A DNA stretch of 64,000 nt from an uncultured virus (IMG/VR IMGVR_UViG_2786546710_000002) (Duplodnaviria > Heunggongvirae > Uroviricota > Caudoviricetes), in the IMG/VR virus record IMGVR_UViG_2786546710_000002, one strand, 5' to 3'. Positions within the stretch are counted from its first letter, which is position 1; the number at the start of each line of letters is the position of its first letter. Positions 41,115 to 50,308 of the stretch are shown piece after piece. The notes beneath the pieces are model-generated. The model searched no databases. It had not been told where the DNA came from and worked only from the letters and a program-made list of their open reading frames with translations. A program made the position numbers and the translations under genes.

Positions 41115-41117
41115 CAT

Positions 41118-41354
41118 ATGGATATTAAATGTGTAAATTGGACAATCCTAGTACAACTTTCTAATGGAACTTTTAGAACTATCTCTGATATGCCGGATGA
41201 TGTGTCTATGCCAATAGATGAATACTTAACTGAACTTGAAACTAACGGAGAATTTAATGTTAAAAATAAAGAAAAGAAACAAAACCCTATGGATAATGGG
41301 GACGTTCTTGGGAAAGAGAATAAGAAAGACGACAAAACTTCCTCTGACACTTAA
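41118..41354 (+). CDS. Hypothetical protein
   Basis: TAACAAGGAG RBS; 3' part overlaps the integrase gene. Confidence 0.6.
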   Translation: MDIKCVNWTILVQLSNGTFRTISDMPDDVSMPIDEYLTELETNGEFNVKNKEKKQNPMDNGDVLGKENKKDDKTSSDT

Positions 41355-42219
41355 ACAAGAAGCAGAGAAAATGCGAGTAGCTATCGAAAAAGAGATCGCT
41401 GATGGTACTTATTTCGATAGACATCCTACCATCGGTGAAATTGTAGACGAAGTAATGCAGGGTAAACATAATCCTACCGAGCTAAGAACTCTAAAAAACT
41501 TAGCTCCATTCAGAAGTATGAGCTTGAATAACGTAGACATCGTTGCAATCAACGAACACTTCACGAACATTTACAAACATCACTCACCCTCAACACTCAA
41601 AAGGTATAAGAATACTATCAATTCTGTGATCAATTATGCAAATCGTACACGTGGATATCAGATACCCCGTATCTATAATCCAAGTGTAGACGACACCCGT
41701 GACGAACATTTAGATCAGGAAGAAGTCAGGAAACTATTAGTTGTTGCAAAATTACAACATTTTGGTGACATATATACAACACTTACACTCACGGGTGTGC
41801 GTCTATCTGAACTTTTTCGCCTTAATTTTTCTGATTATGACAAGACTAATTCGGCGATATTCGTGAAACGTCCCTGCATTTCCGGGAAATTTAAGACTAA
41901 CTCTAGGTCTATACCTATTTATTACGAGCCATTGAAAGAAATATTATCACGTAATTCTTATGGTTCTATATTTGATGAGGTTAGTTCGGCGATATTAAAT
42001 AAAAACTTGCGATCAATTTTAAAGGGTATTGGTGTCCACCGACACGTCAGAGTACACGATCTTCGCCACACATTTGCTTGGTTATTGGCAAAGAGTGGAG
42101 CAGATATCGGCGATATTCAGACACTGCTTGGACATAAAGACATATCTCAGACAATGAGATACAGAGGTTGGGTTGAGAGTAGAGCCAAAGATAATATCAA
42201 AGGTATGTTAAAGTTATGA
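41257..42219 (+). CDS. int: Tyrosine recombinase/integrase
   Basis: Catalytic set TGVRLSE, HDLRH, LLGH and TMRY; N-terminal arm-binding-like segment; ATG at 41257 after GGAG. Confidence 0.92.
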   Translation: MLKIKKRNKTLWIMGTFLGKRIRKTTKLPLTLKQEAEKMRVAIEKEIADGTYFDRHPTIGEIVDEVMQGKHNPTELRTLKNLAPFRSMSLNNVDIVAINEHFTNIYKHHSPSTLKRYKNTINSVINYANRTRGYQIPRIYNPSVDDTRDEHLDQEEVRKLLVVAKLQHFGDIYTTLTLTGVRLSELFRLNFSDYDKTNSAIFVKRPCISGKFKTNSRSIPIYYEPLKEILSRNSYGSIFDEVSSAILNKNLRSILKGIGVHRHVRVHDLRHTFAWLLAKSGADIGDIQTLLGHKDISQTMRYRGWVESRAKDNIKGMLKL

Positions 42220-42431
42220 GGAAAAGATTAGTTGATCAGTTCTTTGAAGAAGCTAAGAAACGTGGGGTAACTATGTGCTCTATATCTAAGAAGTCTGGTC
42301 TATCTGAAAGCACCTTACGATCTTGGAGAAGACACGAACCTTTGCTTGGTAATTTTATGGCTCTAGTTCAGGCATTAGGTGGAGAGGTACAAATAACGTG
42401 GGAGAAAAAGAACAAATCAAAAGTGGATTAA
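42216..42431 (+). CDS. XRE/Cro-like HTH protein
   Basis: ISKKSGLSESTLRSWRRHEP...LVQALG. Confidence 0.8.
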   Translation: MRKRLVDQFFEEAKKRGVTMCSISKKSGLSESTLRSWRRHEPLLGNFMALVQALGGEVQITWEKKNKSKVD

Positions 42432-42554
42432 GTATTCTATTACGTGGATACGTAGATAGTGATGATCCTAGAGTTGTAAAAAGCAAAAGGTCTGTTGCTA
42501 CACTTAATAATCAGAGGTTCTTTGACACCAAAGATAAAAGAGAAAAGATGAAAA

Positions 42555-42776
42555 ATGAAAACATTAATCGTAATACTAATAACAAGTAAGGGTTTATTAT
42601 ATCATCCCGTACCCTATCAAAAAGATATGAGTTGTTTAGATAGTTTTGAATATTGGAGAGAGAATAACACTACACATACGTGGGAAAAAATTAAAGGCGA
42701 TCCTACAAGCCACGGCTATTATATAAATAATGGTGAGTTAGAAGGTCTTAGGGTTATTGCAACGTATTGTCCTTAA
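42555..42776 (+). CDS. Hypothetical protein with hydrophobic N-terminus and a Cys pair
   Basis: Last ORF of the plus-strand arm; converges on 42773. Confidence 0.6.
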   Translation: MKTLIVILITSKGLLYHPVPYQKDMSCLDSFEYWRENNTTHTWEKIKGDPTSHGYYINNGELEGLRVIATYCP

Positions 42777-43003
42777 CTATCTAACTCCATATCAGTAGCC
42801 ATATCTGCACCTTGTATGAGATGTGATCCCGTAAGCATAGCCTCTTCGGGTGATAGTTGTATACCATACCAATGTGTTTCACCTTTCTCATTCTTCAAAG
42901 GTACGTGAAATAATACAGATTGAGGAGCCACCTCTACTAATGGCATAGGTATCTCTGTTACATATGGTATTATGTTTGATGTTGTATCACTCTTTTGCAC
43001 CAT
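42773..43003 (-). CDS. Hypothetical protein
   Basis: AAGGAG RBS. Confidence 0.6.
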   Translation of the reverse strand: MVQKSDTTSNIIPYVTEIPMPLVEVAPQSVLFHVPLKNEKGETHWYGIQLSPEEAMLTGSHLIQGADMATDMELDS

Positions 43004-43466
43004 AATTTAAACTCTCCTTCAGTCATAGTGTGCTTCATTAAGTTAATTCTTTTACACACTAATTGTATGTTATCTAAAACATAAGGCTTTGTCCCCCTCT
43101 TTCTATCTATTGATATGTTGTGTGGGTTTCTGTTGAAAGATCGTAGACCATCGGTTGATGCAATGTGTGTCATACGCACACCAGTAATTGCACATCTACC
43201 ATCTTGTTGATGATACAAATCTAATACATCTTCACTGCTAAAATTTATTTTAATGAATTGATTTCTTCTCCGGGATTTAAGTTGACTGACTAGTCTACGG
43301 AGATATCCTTCAGGTGTGCGGCAATATCGTAAACGTCTGCGTTTAGTAAGACACACACCACACGAAGGTCGATGATATTCTTGTCCGTTCTTTCTTATCT
43401 CAAGATAGAACTTGTCTAGGGATAATAGTTTCCCACACGACTGACACTTTTTTTTCGTGATCGCAC
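42970..43466 (-). CDS. HNH/His-Me-finger-like endonuclease with an N-terminal Zn finger (start uncertain)
   Basis: GRCAITG, NISIDR and NIQLVCKRINLMK motifs; the frame stays open upstream of 43356 and encodes CQSC...CGVC. Confidence 0.7.
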
Positions 43467-43621
43467 TAAGACCTAGCTAAACTCTTACGTCTAGAAGCTT
43501 TCATACGAGCTTTAGTTCGTATTCCAACTTTATTAGACTTCATAGCTTTTGCACTAGTCTTCTTAGCTTGTCCTTTTTGTTTCATACTTTTGGACTTTTT
43601 GTAAGTAGATCGCATTGGCAT
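43466..43621 (-). CDS. Tiny basic protein (51 aa, MPMRSTYKKSKSMKQKG...)
   Basis: AAAGGAG RBS; translated by hand. Confidence 0.65.
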   Translation of the reverse strand: MPMRSTYKKSKSMKQKGQAKKTSAKAMKSNKVGIRTKARMKASRRKSLARS

Positions 43622-43636
43622 AATGGTCTCTCCTTT

Positions 43637-43744
43637 CTAATACTTTTTGGATTTCATTTTCTTGCCGGTCTTCTTAGCATAAGCTTTTGCTTTTGCTTTC
43701 CCCTTGGCAGTATAAGGGAACTTTTTTTTACCTACTTTAGGCAT
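43637..43744 (-). CDS. Tiny basic protein (35 aa, MPKVGKKKFPYTAKGKAKAKAYAKKTGKKM...)
   Basis: AAAGGAG RBS; translated by hand. Confidence 0.75.
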   Translation of the reverse strand: MPKVGKKKFPYTAKGKAKAKAYAKKTGKKMKSKKY

Positions 43745-43759
43745 ACGTTTCTCCTTTTT

Positions 43760-44011
43760 CTAATCGTTAACTTTAACTTTCAAAAGAATAGTATCTAACT
43801 TTTCTTCTAATTTATCAAACCTTTTAGCAAAGTCGTCCATATTTACACGTAAATCTTTTTTACTAGCGTATTCTTTTGCCATCTCGGTGCGTGTATCGTA
43901 GACTTCCTTCTCGATACTATCTATTTTCATAGATACTCCCCTTATCCACCAGACCAATGATCCTCCGGCGACCGTTAATATTGCGTTCCAAATCATTGCT
44001 GTCTCAGGCAT
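43760..44011 (-). CDS. Membrane-anchored coiled-coil protein
   Basis: N-terminal TM helix followed by a coiled coil. Confidence 0.7.
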   Translation of the reverse strand: MPETAMIWNAILTVAGGSLVWWIRGVSMKIDSIEKEVYDTRTEMAKEYASKKDLRVNMDDFAKRFDKLEEKLDTILLKVKVND

Positions 44012-44745
44012 TAGTCATATCCTCCATCTCGATTAACTTCTCCTTTTGATGCCTCACCTTCTGTCATAGACCCATCTTTTTTAGATGTATAATCTGGTGC
44101 ATAATCAGAATTAAATTCTTCTTGCATCACATATGTCTTGCCAGTTGTGTGGTTCATTGGATGTGTTTGATTTGATTTTACACCATCGTGACCGGGGTGT
44201 GTCCAGTACTTAACTTGTGGATGATTTGGGTCTCCATTCTCCCACTCTTCTACCTTCATCCAATGTGGATAGACATAAGACTTTGTTCCACTTAGTTGAT
44301 AAGGTTGTGGTAAAGCCGCACTATTCCAAGAGTAAGAAGGTATTTGATCAAGTCCATCTGAGATGTTACCGCTAGATGGTAGGTCTACGGAAAGCGTATA
44401 GTATGTTGCCGCCATATCTAGACGAACAATACCAGTTATATCTTTGCCCCAAGAGTTATACCAGAACTCTATGTTCTGCATACCGCTAGACCAAACAAGA
44501 AATTTTACAGAGATAGCTGTGTTATCTGAAGAAGGTGTAATCTTTTGTGTAAAGAAATTACCACCCGGTCTAATTATATTTGTTGTTGTTCTATACTCTG
44601 GAGTTGGAAAACTTGTACCACCTGAGTTGCCCCAAGTGTTTACATTACCACCAGTTGTAGGTTTGTAGACGATGATAAATCGCTGTAATAATTTTACACC
44701 TTCGTTAACTCCTACAATTCTCTGAGGTGCATCTCTGTATTCCAT
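44011..44745 (-). CDS. Hypothetical beta-rich protein, possibly virion-associated
   Basis: 244 aa, rich in Thr/Ser/Gly and aromatic residues; TAATG-coupled. Confidence 0.7.
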   Translation of the reverse strand: MEYRDAPQRIVGVNEGVKLLQRFIIVYKPTTGGNVNTWGNSGGTSFPTPEYRTTTNIIRPGGNFFTQKITPSSDNTAISVKFLVWSSGMQNIEFWYNSWGKDITGIVRLDMAATYYTLSVDLPSSGNISDGLDQIPSYSWNSAALPQPYQLSGTKSYVYPHWMKVEEWENGDPNHPQVKYWTHPGHDGVKSNQTHPMNHTTGKTYVMQEEFNSDYAPDYTSKKDGSMTEGEASKGEVNRDGGYD

Positions 44746-44901
44746 TAGACTACCTTTATTGTTTTAATCCTAACTGTTTTTTGTAAAGGATTAAGTAGGG
44801 TTGTTGTTGGTTGTTTTGCTGAACGCACTGGGATAAATTTTTCTTTGTGGACTGGAACTTTAAACGATCCGTTTTGCAACTGAATGTTTGATTTGTCTTT
44901 A

Positions 44902-45159
44902 TTATAATTCATAATACACCTTTGTTTCTTGTTTACTTTTGAATTCACTTGGGTTGAACTGACCACAATTAAATTCATATGTGAATGGAACTCCTTGTTT
45001 TGATAAACCTTCAATCACTTGGTCTTTCCATCCGTCTTGTATAAAACTTACACATTCTTCGTACGTATCAAACTCAGCTTTATAATGATACCCCGTCACA
45101 CATCCACTACCCATATAACAGACTAGCACAAGTGGTATAAATATGTTCATCTCATTCAA
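44902..45159 (-). CDS. Small Cys-containing exported-type protein
   Basis: IPLVLVC...FDTYEEC...FNC pattern; AGGAG RBS. Confidence 0.65.
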   Translation of the reverse strand: MNEMNIFIPLVLVCYMGSGCVTGYHYKAEFDTYEECVSFIQDGWKDQVIEGLSKQGVPFTYEFNCGQFNPSEFKSKQETKVYYEL

Positions 45160-45183
45160 TCTCCTACCTATAATATGTAGATT

Positions 45184-45594
45184 TTATTTGGTAAAGTCGT
45201 CCTTTATTTTATACCCTTTTGCTTTTAAATATGCTCGATAAAGTTTAATCCAATCACCTAATCTCATAACCACTGCACTATCTTCTGTCTTCATTTGATT
45301 ACGTCTATTGAATACTACGGGTATATCACCTGAACCTTTTGCGGCGATACCGTTCTCGGCTTGTTCTATACTAGGGTAGACTTTAAATTTTTCTGTACGT
45401 TTTGCTTCTATCCAAATATCCGGGCATCCGTAGACATCCATACCTCCGCCGTGTTCGAATGATCTACCACCTCCAGAAAGCGGTGCACGTAGTACACGCT
45501 GTCTATCTTCGTCAAAGATATGTTCATCTAAAAACTTTGCTAGTTCTCTTTCGTACTGATCGCCCTTATTTTTCGGACTTTTTAAGCGTCCCAC
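45184..45594 (-). CDS. Holliday junction resolvase-like PD-(D/E)xK nuclease
   Basis: KNKGDQYERELAK, MDV, IEAKR and PVVFNRRN motifs. Confidence 0.82.
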   Translation of the reverse strand: MGRLKSPKNKGDQYERELAKFLDEHIFDEDRQRVLRAPLSGGGRSFEHGGGMDVYGCPDIWIEAKRTEKFKVYPSIEQAENGIAAKGSGDIPVVFNRRNQMKTEDSAVVMRLGDWIKLYRAYLKAKGYKIKDDFTK

Positions 45595-45896
45595 GAATAA
45601 TCTTCCTTATATTTTTCTTTACATTTGTTACAAACATACTGCCATTTAGGTCTGGGTTTAGTACTCTTACACCTCATACAAGGGCGTTCCCACATCTTCA
45701 TATTTCTATCGCTCGATAGAGCTATGACATATTTCGCACCCTCAAACTCTGCTAATCCTTCTCGATATAATATTCGTTTAACGGTATCGACACATATACC
45801 TAGGTGTCTAGCCATTTCAGTGTAAGGTTTTTTCTGTTCTAAAGCATTAGCCAGATAAGTTAAAGTTTCTTGAGTAACCTTAACTGGCTTACCCAT
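45582..45896 (-). CDS. HTH + Zn-ribbon transcriptional regulator (candidate late activator)
   Basis: YTEMARHLGICVDTVKRIL helix-turn-helix; CMRC...CNKC; AAGGAGG RBS. Confidence 0.72.
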   Translation of the reverse strand: MGKPVKVTQETLTYLANALEQKKPYTEMARHLGICVDTVKRILYREGLAEFEGAKYVIALSSDRNMKMWERPCMRCKSTKPRPKWQYVCNKCKEKYKEDYSWDA

Positions 45897-46154
45897 CTGC
45901 CCTCCTTTTTTAACAAATCATTACTAATACTCTAAGGATAAATAAAATTATTGCAAGAAACAAAGTTTTATCGCTACCCCCAAACTACTTGAAATCATTA
46001 ACAAAAACGAGGATGCTTCAGCATCCGAAGTGGAATGTCTAAAAGTTTGGGTGGACAAATATCTTGACAGAGGTGTATACCTATTAGTACTTACACACTT
46101 TAAGCAGTTTATGACCTTCGGTCAAAACTGATAGTTAATAGTCTATTAGTACTA

Positions 46155-48161
46155 TTAGGTTTCTTCTAACCCCAACCAACTTCTTATCTCGTATACTGGA
46201 ACTTTTATAATACGACTTGTTTCTGTTGGAGTTTTCTTTTCTTTAAGAATAAGTTTTAGTGCTTGTTGTTTTTTAGATTTAGTAGATACAATATACTTCT
46301 CGCCAGTTCTTAAATCTTCACACCAACCAATGTAATGTGTTTGATGTAGCTCAGTTTGTTGTCTGACTTTACCAAAGCTAATTTGTGTAACCATAGATAA
46401 CCTACTATCTGCATTCATCTGTGCTTGTAAATAATTGTAAGGAGAGAACTCTCTACCATCTAATGTAAATATTGTTAGATCATTATCTAATAAACCCGCC
46501 TTTGCTTTTGCTTCAGCTTTATCTTTAAATACCTGAGTTATAAATACTTGAGTGTCTACGTCAGTTAATTGTGCTGTTGATCCTGCTTCACGACCCATAC
46601 CACTTTCACCGGGTTTATTTCTATGATGAACAAGTATTACAGATACACCCGCATTACGTATATTTTTTGCAACAAGATTGACAACACCCCAATCTTTAGG
46701 TGATGCTTCTTCTAATCCTCTAAACGCATTTCTGATTGTATCAATTACAAGTATGTCTGGACTTACAACTTTTAACCATTCACCTAACAAACGGAAGTCT
46801 TTCTCTTCCATTAAATTCATTTCACCACCATCTTCAGGACTTATTAATGTTGGAGACCATAAAGCAAAATGACCATTAGTCTTTCCGAATGTCTTGTTAA
46901 ACTCTTGCATCCTCCTTAACGCAGTACGTCTTGGATTATCGTAATCCATATAAAAAACTTTAGCCGGTCTACCCATTTCATAAGGACCAAAAAATTCATT
47001 GCCTGATGATAATGCAGTTAGCATTGCTGATAAAAAATAAGACTTTCCGTGTCCATTGAAACCAACCACTTGTGTTATTGTTGCTTCAGGAATTAAAGGA
47101 TTAGACCAATATGGTTCATCAACCATATCTTTTAACATTCTATCTACTGCATCTATATAGATAGGTTGTAATCTAGAACGTGGTATTTCTACTTCTTCTT
47201 TTTCTTCTACACGTTGTCCATTCTTATCATAGTCTTCAGGATGGTTTCTTCTATCCATTTCTAGAGAAGATTGTATTTTTGTTTTGATCCAATTATCAGT
47301 TTCTTTTTGTGTAAACTTAGAATTATCAAAAAACTTTTCGTTATAATTTATAATTGATTGCCACAAATCTTCACCAGTTAAACCACGTCTAACCATTTGA
47401 CCACAATATCTTACCATCCAATCGTCTGTTCCATCTCCTTCAGACAATAATCTACCTAAATGCTTTACACGATTTTCAGTTTGCTCCCATATAGACATAC
47501 TATCTGCAATAGAAGCAACCTTAACTGAACTTAAATCAAGAGTATCAAATGAAAAAACTTCAGGCTCCTCGACATCACTTGGACTTCCTTGCCAAACAAA
47601 ATCTTCTACATCTTCATAGTCGTGTCCGTCTGCAACATTCCATTCGTATTGATGTGTAGGAATATTCTCTTCGTTAACTTTAATAGACGGAGGCATAACA
47701 ACATATCCGCCATCACCTCGTAAATCTAATCCTTTAACATTTATCCATTCACGTGAAGTGCCACCCACTTTGTTTTGAAATCTTTTTCCGTGTTGAGGAT
47801 GTGACCAATAATAATGATAACCACGTGTAGTTTTAACAGCGATAGGAGAAACTAGTCTATTTTTTTTTGCATAAGCAACTGCTTCATCATTGTCACAATC
47901 TAAAACTATAACACCACTAATAGACCCAGTGACAAGTGCAAGATTAAATACTTCTGCTTTACCACCACCTGATGTAGGTGCTCCTTCAGTAAACCATTTG
48001 TCTACTTCTTCTTGTGTAACTTTACGTGTTTGAAATTCTTTCCACTCACATAAAGGTTTTTTACTTTTGATTGATAAGGGTATTACATTCCACCCTCTTT
48101 CTACTGCTCTTACTGCTTCATCATAAACACGTGTTTTAAACTCTTCTTTTTTTGTTGCCAT
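46155..48161 (-). CDS. Bifunctional primase-polymerase (Prim-Pol) fused to a RepA/AAA_25-type helicase
   Basis: GWNVIPL, NLALVTG, VLDCD, TTRGYHYY and DLRGDGGYVVMPPS; Walker A GFNGHGKS, ILVIDT, LVHH; ATG at 48161. Confidence 0.9.
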   Translation of the reverse strand: MATKKEEFKTRVYDEAVRAVERGWNVIPLSIKSKKPLCEWKEFQTRKVTQEEVDKWFTEGAPTSGGGKAEVFNLALVTGSISGVIVLDCDNDEAVAYAKKNRLVSPIAVKTTRGYHYYWSHPQHGKRFQNKVGGTSREWINVKGLDLRGDGGYVVMPPSIKVNEENIPTHQYEWNVADGHDYEDVEDFVWQGSPSDVEEPEVFSFDTLDLSSVKVASIADSMSIWEQTENRVKHLGRLLSEGDGTDDWMVRYCGQMVRRGLTGEDLWQSIINYNEKFFDNSKFTQKETDNWIKTKIQSSLEMDRRNHPEDYDKNGQRVEEKEEVEIPRSRLQPIYIDAVDRMLKDMVDEPYWSNPLIPEATITQVVGFNGHGKSYFLSAMLTALSSGNEFFGPYEMGRPAKVFYMDYDNPRRTALRRMQEFNKTFGKTNGHFALWSPTLISPEDGGEMNLMEEKDFRLLGEWLKVVSPDILVIDTIRNAFRGLEEASPKDWGVVNLVAKNIRNAGVSVILVHHRNKPGESGMGREAGSTAQLTDVDTQVFITQVFKDKAEAKAKAGLLDNDLTIFTLDGREFSPYNYLQAQMNADSRLSMVTQISFGKVRQQTELHQTHYIGWCEDLRTGEKYIVSTKSKKQQALKLILKEKKTPTETSRIIKVPVYEIRSWLGLEET

Positions 48162-48366
48162 CTTTAAGGTCACTTTCAAAGTAATCGTCAATTTTAATGT
48201 TAGGTTTTTTAGTTTTAATTTTTTCAAAATGCCAAGTAGTCATATAACCAGTACTCATCATTCTGTATGGGGCGGTTCTGGTTTTATCTAGAAGCTTTGA
48301 TACCTCTTTGACACCACCACAATCTTGTATAAATTTTTTTGCGTTAAACTTCATAGCNTTCTCCAT
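48136..48366 (-). CDS. Cro-like HTH regulator
   Basis: IQDCGGVKEVSKLL pattern; first gene of the divergent unit. Confidence 0.7.
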   Translation of the reverse strand: MEXAMKFNAKKFIQDCGGVKEVSKLLDKTRTAPYRMMSTGYMTTWHFEKIKTKKPNIKIDDYFESDLKDGNKKRRV

Positions 48367-48518
48367 TTCCAGAATTACAATTACACATATGNNAAATAAA
48401 TACTAGTTTGTATTATGNATGCGACAAAACTTTATCGTATATGAGACATAATTATCTTGTATTATATTTGTTACTAATGTAATTTAGTATCACCATTAAC
48501 AACAAAAGGACGGTTACT

Positions 48519-48920
48519 ATGACTGATTGGGATAAATTTGAAGCNGATACTGCAAATGCTCCTATGTCGCAAATCATAGATGAACTCAAAGATCAACGAA
48601 GAGTTCTTAGTGATGCAACAAAAAGAGTTGAGCAGTTAGAAGCTAAAATTATTTCTGAATTCCCAGAGGAATTTGGAGATCAAACNAAAGTTTATGGTGA
48701 TGATGTTGTCACTATAAATAGGCAAGAGAGATNTAATTGGGATCAAGATAAACTTGATGACATATTTAAAANTNAACCTTTGCCAGATCACGTTAAGCGT
48801 AGGCTAACGGTAGACAAAAGAACCTTCCAAAAACTAACAGAAACAGATCAAGTAGTTCTTGCTCCCGCTTTAACTAGGAAGCCGGGACCNGTATCTGTTA
48901 AATTAACAAGGAGTAAATAA
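48519..48920 (+). CDS. Recombination-module protein (Gam/Gp157-like position)
   Basis: Coiled coil plus WDQDKL...LTVDKR...TRKPG; precedes the Sak4-like gene. Confidence 0.6.
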   Translation: MTDWDKFEXDTANAPMSQIIDELKDQRRVLSDATKRVEQLEAKIISEFPEEFGDQXKVYGDDVVTINRQERXNWDQDKLDDIFKXXPLPDHVKRRLTVDKRTFQKLTETDQVVLAPALTRKPGXVSVKLTRSK

Positions 48921-49726
48921 TGTTCAAACCTATGAACACATCAGACGATGACACTGCAAAAAGAAAAGTACTTCTGTATGGTCATCACGGGTGGGGTAAA
49001 ACCACTCAACTAAAATACTTCCAAGAAGAATATGGTAAAGGTTTTATTTTTTCTGGCGAAAGTGGATTAAGTTCTATTCGACAAGCAAAGATAGATTACC
49101 TACCATTCTCATCTTGGTCAGACCCTTCAGTTCCAGAGAAAGGTGTTTATTCATTTAGAGATATTTTTAAATGGACTAAATCAGAAGACTTTAAATCGAA
49201 AGGTTATAAGTGGATTGGAATTGATAGTCTTACAGAACTTTCTGATTTATCTTATGCACACGCAGANAAAGAACAGAAAGACTTAGCTGAGAAGTTAGGA
49301 AAGAAAAATGCAGACGGCTTTGCCGTTTGGGGTAATCACGCATCACAACTTATAGGAGCTTGTAAAGCAATACGTGATATGAATATGCACGTNATAGTTA
49401 CTGCTCTTGCAAAAGAAAGTACAGATGACAATGGTNGTGTAGACTANTGGTGTATGGTTCAAGGTAAAGCAACTATGCAACAACTGCCGGGTATATTTGA
49501 TTGTGTGTTTTGTGGTGTAAGAGTTTCAANCGAAGTTGACGGAAAGCAACAAGTACATCGTTATACAATTACTGATGAGGTACGTGGGTGGCACGGAAAA
49601 GTTCGTGATGAAAANAGNCGACTAAAGCCAGTAGAAAAAACTGGTAATATCGTTGAGTTACTTAAACGACTTGATATGAATGATCAAGAATACAAACAAT
49701 CTATTAAAAAAGAAGGAGGTCAATAA
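48920..49726 (+). CDS. Sak4-like AAA_24 ssDNA-annealing ATPase
   Basis: LLYGHHGWGKT, ESGL, IDSLTE and LPGIFDCV motifs. Confidence 0.85.
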   Translation: MFKPMNTSDDDTAKRKVLLYGHHGWGKTTQLKYFQEEYGKGFIFSGESGLSSIRQAKIDYLPFSSWSDPSVPEKGVYSFRDIFKWTKSEDFKSKGYKWIGIDSLTELSDLSYAHAXKEQKDLAEKLGKKNADGFAVWGNHASQLIGACKAIRDMNMHXIVTALAKESTDDNGXVDXWCMVQGKATMQQLPGIFDCVFCGVRVSXEVDGKQQVHRYTITDEVRGWHGKVRDEXXRLKPVEKTGNIVELLKRLDMNDQEYKQSIKKEGGQ

Positions 49727-50235
49727 TGGCTTTTAATTTTAGAGAACTTAATTTGTCAGGTGTTGAGGTGTCGGGAGCGGCTCCTATCTTACAACCCGGA
49801 CGTTACGTCTGTGAGGTAACAGATGCTTTTCTTAAACCAACTAGGAATGGGGGAAGCTCAATAGAAATTAGCCTTAACGATACGAAGGGAGGTGGTAGTG
49901 TACGAAGTTGGGTAAATGTCCACGTACCAGTTTCAGAACAAGCTACTCGTATTGGTAGGGAGCAACTGAAAGCTTTATTAATATATGGCGGTCATTCAAA
50001 TCCGGAAAGACCGGGAGATATATCTTCACTAAAAGGGTTGAAGGTAGGTGTTTCAGTTGGTCAGGATAAATACACANTAGACGGAGTTGAAAAAGTTGGT
50101 TCAAAAGTAAAAGGATTTTTTGATCCTTCTGAAATTGATCCTGCTATTACCAAAAGACAAGCTCCCTCTGAGGTAGACAACTCTGAACAAAAAGTGGATG
50201 ATGCAATAGGCTCAGACGAAGAAATACCGTTTTAG
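49726..50235 (+). CDS. Single-stranded DNA-binding protein (DUF669-like)
   Basis: LQPGRY...V motif; acidic tail ending DEEIPF; adjacent to Sak4-like gene. Confidence 0.82.
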   Translation: MAFNFRELNLSGVEVSGAAPILQPGRYVCEVTDAFLKPTRNGGSSIEISLNDTKGGGSVRSWVNVHVPVSEQATRIGREQLKALLIYGGHSNPERPGDISSLKGLKVGVSVGQDKYTXDGVEKVGSKVKGFFDPSEIDPAITKRQAPSEVDNSEQKVDDAIGSDEEIPF

Positions 50236-50308
50236 TCATAACTGAGTGTAGGCGGAAAACAAAAAAAATTTCCTTCCCTTCCGCCTACCTCAANNAAAGG
50301 ATTGCATT

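Noticed and set aside
44745..45014. 89-aa ORF as annotated
   Set aside because: Its 5' half overlaps 44902..45159 in another frame; only a shorter version from MNYNKDK is plausible, so it is not listed
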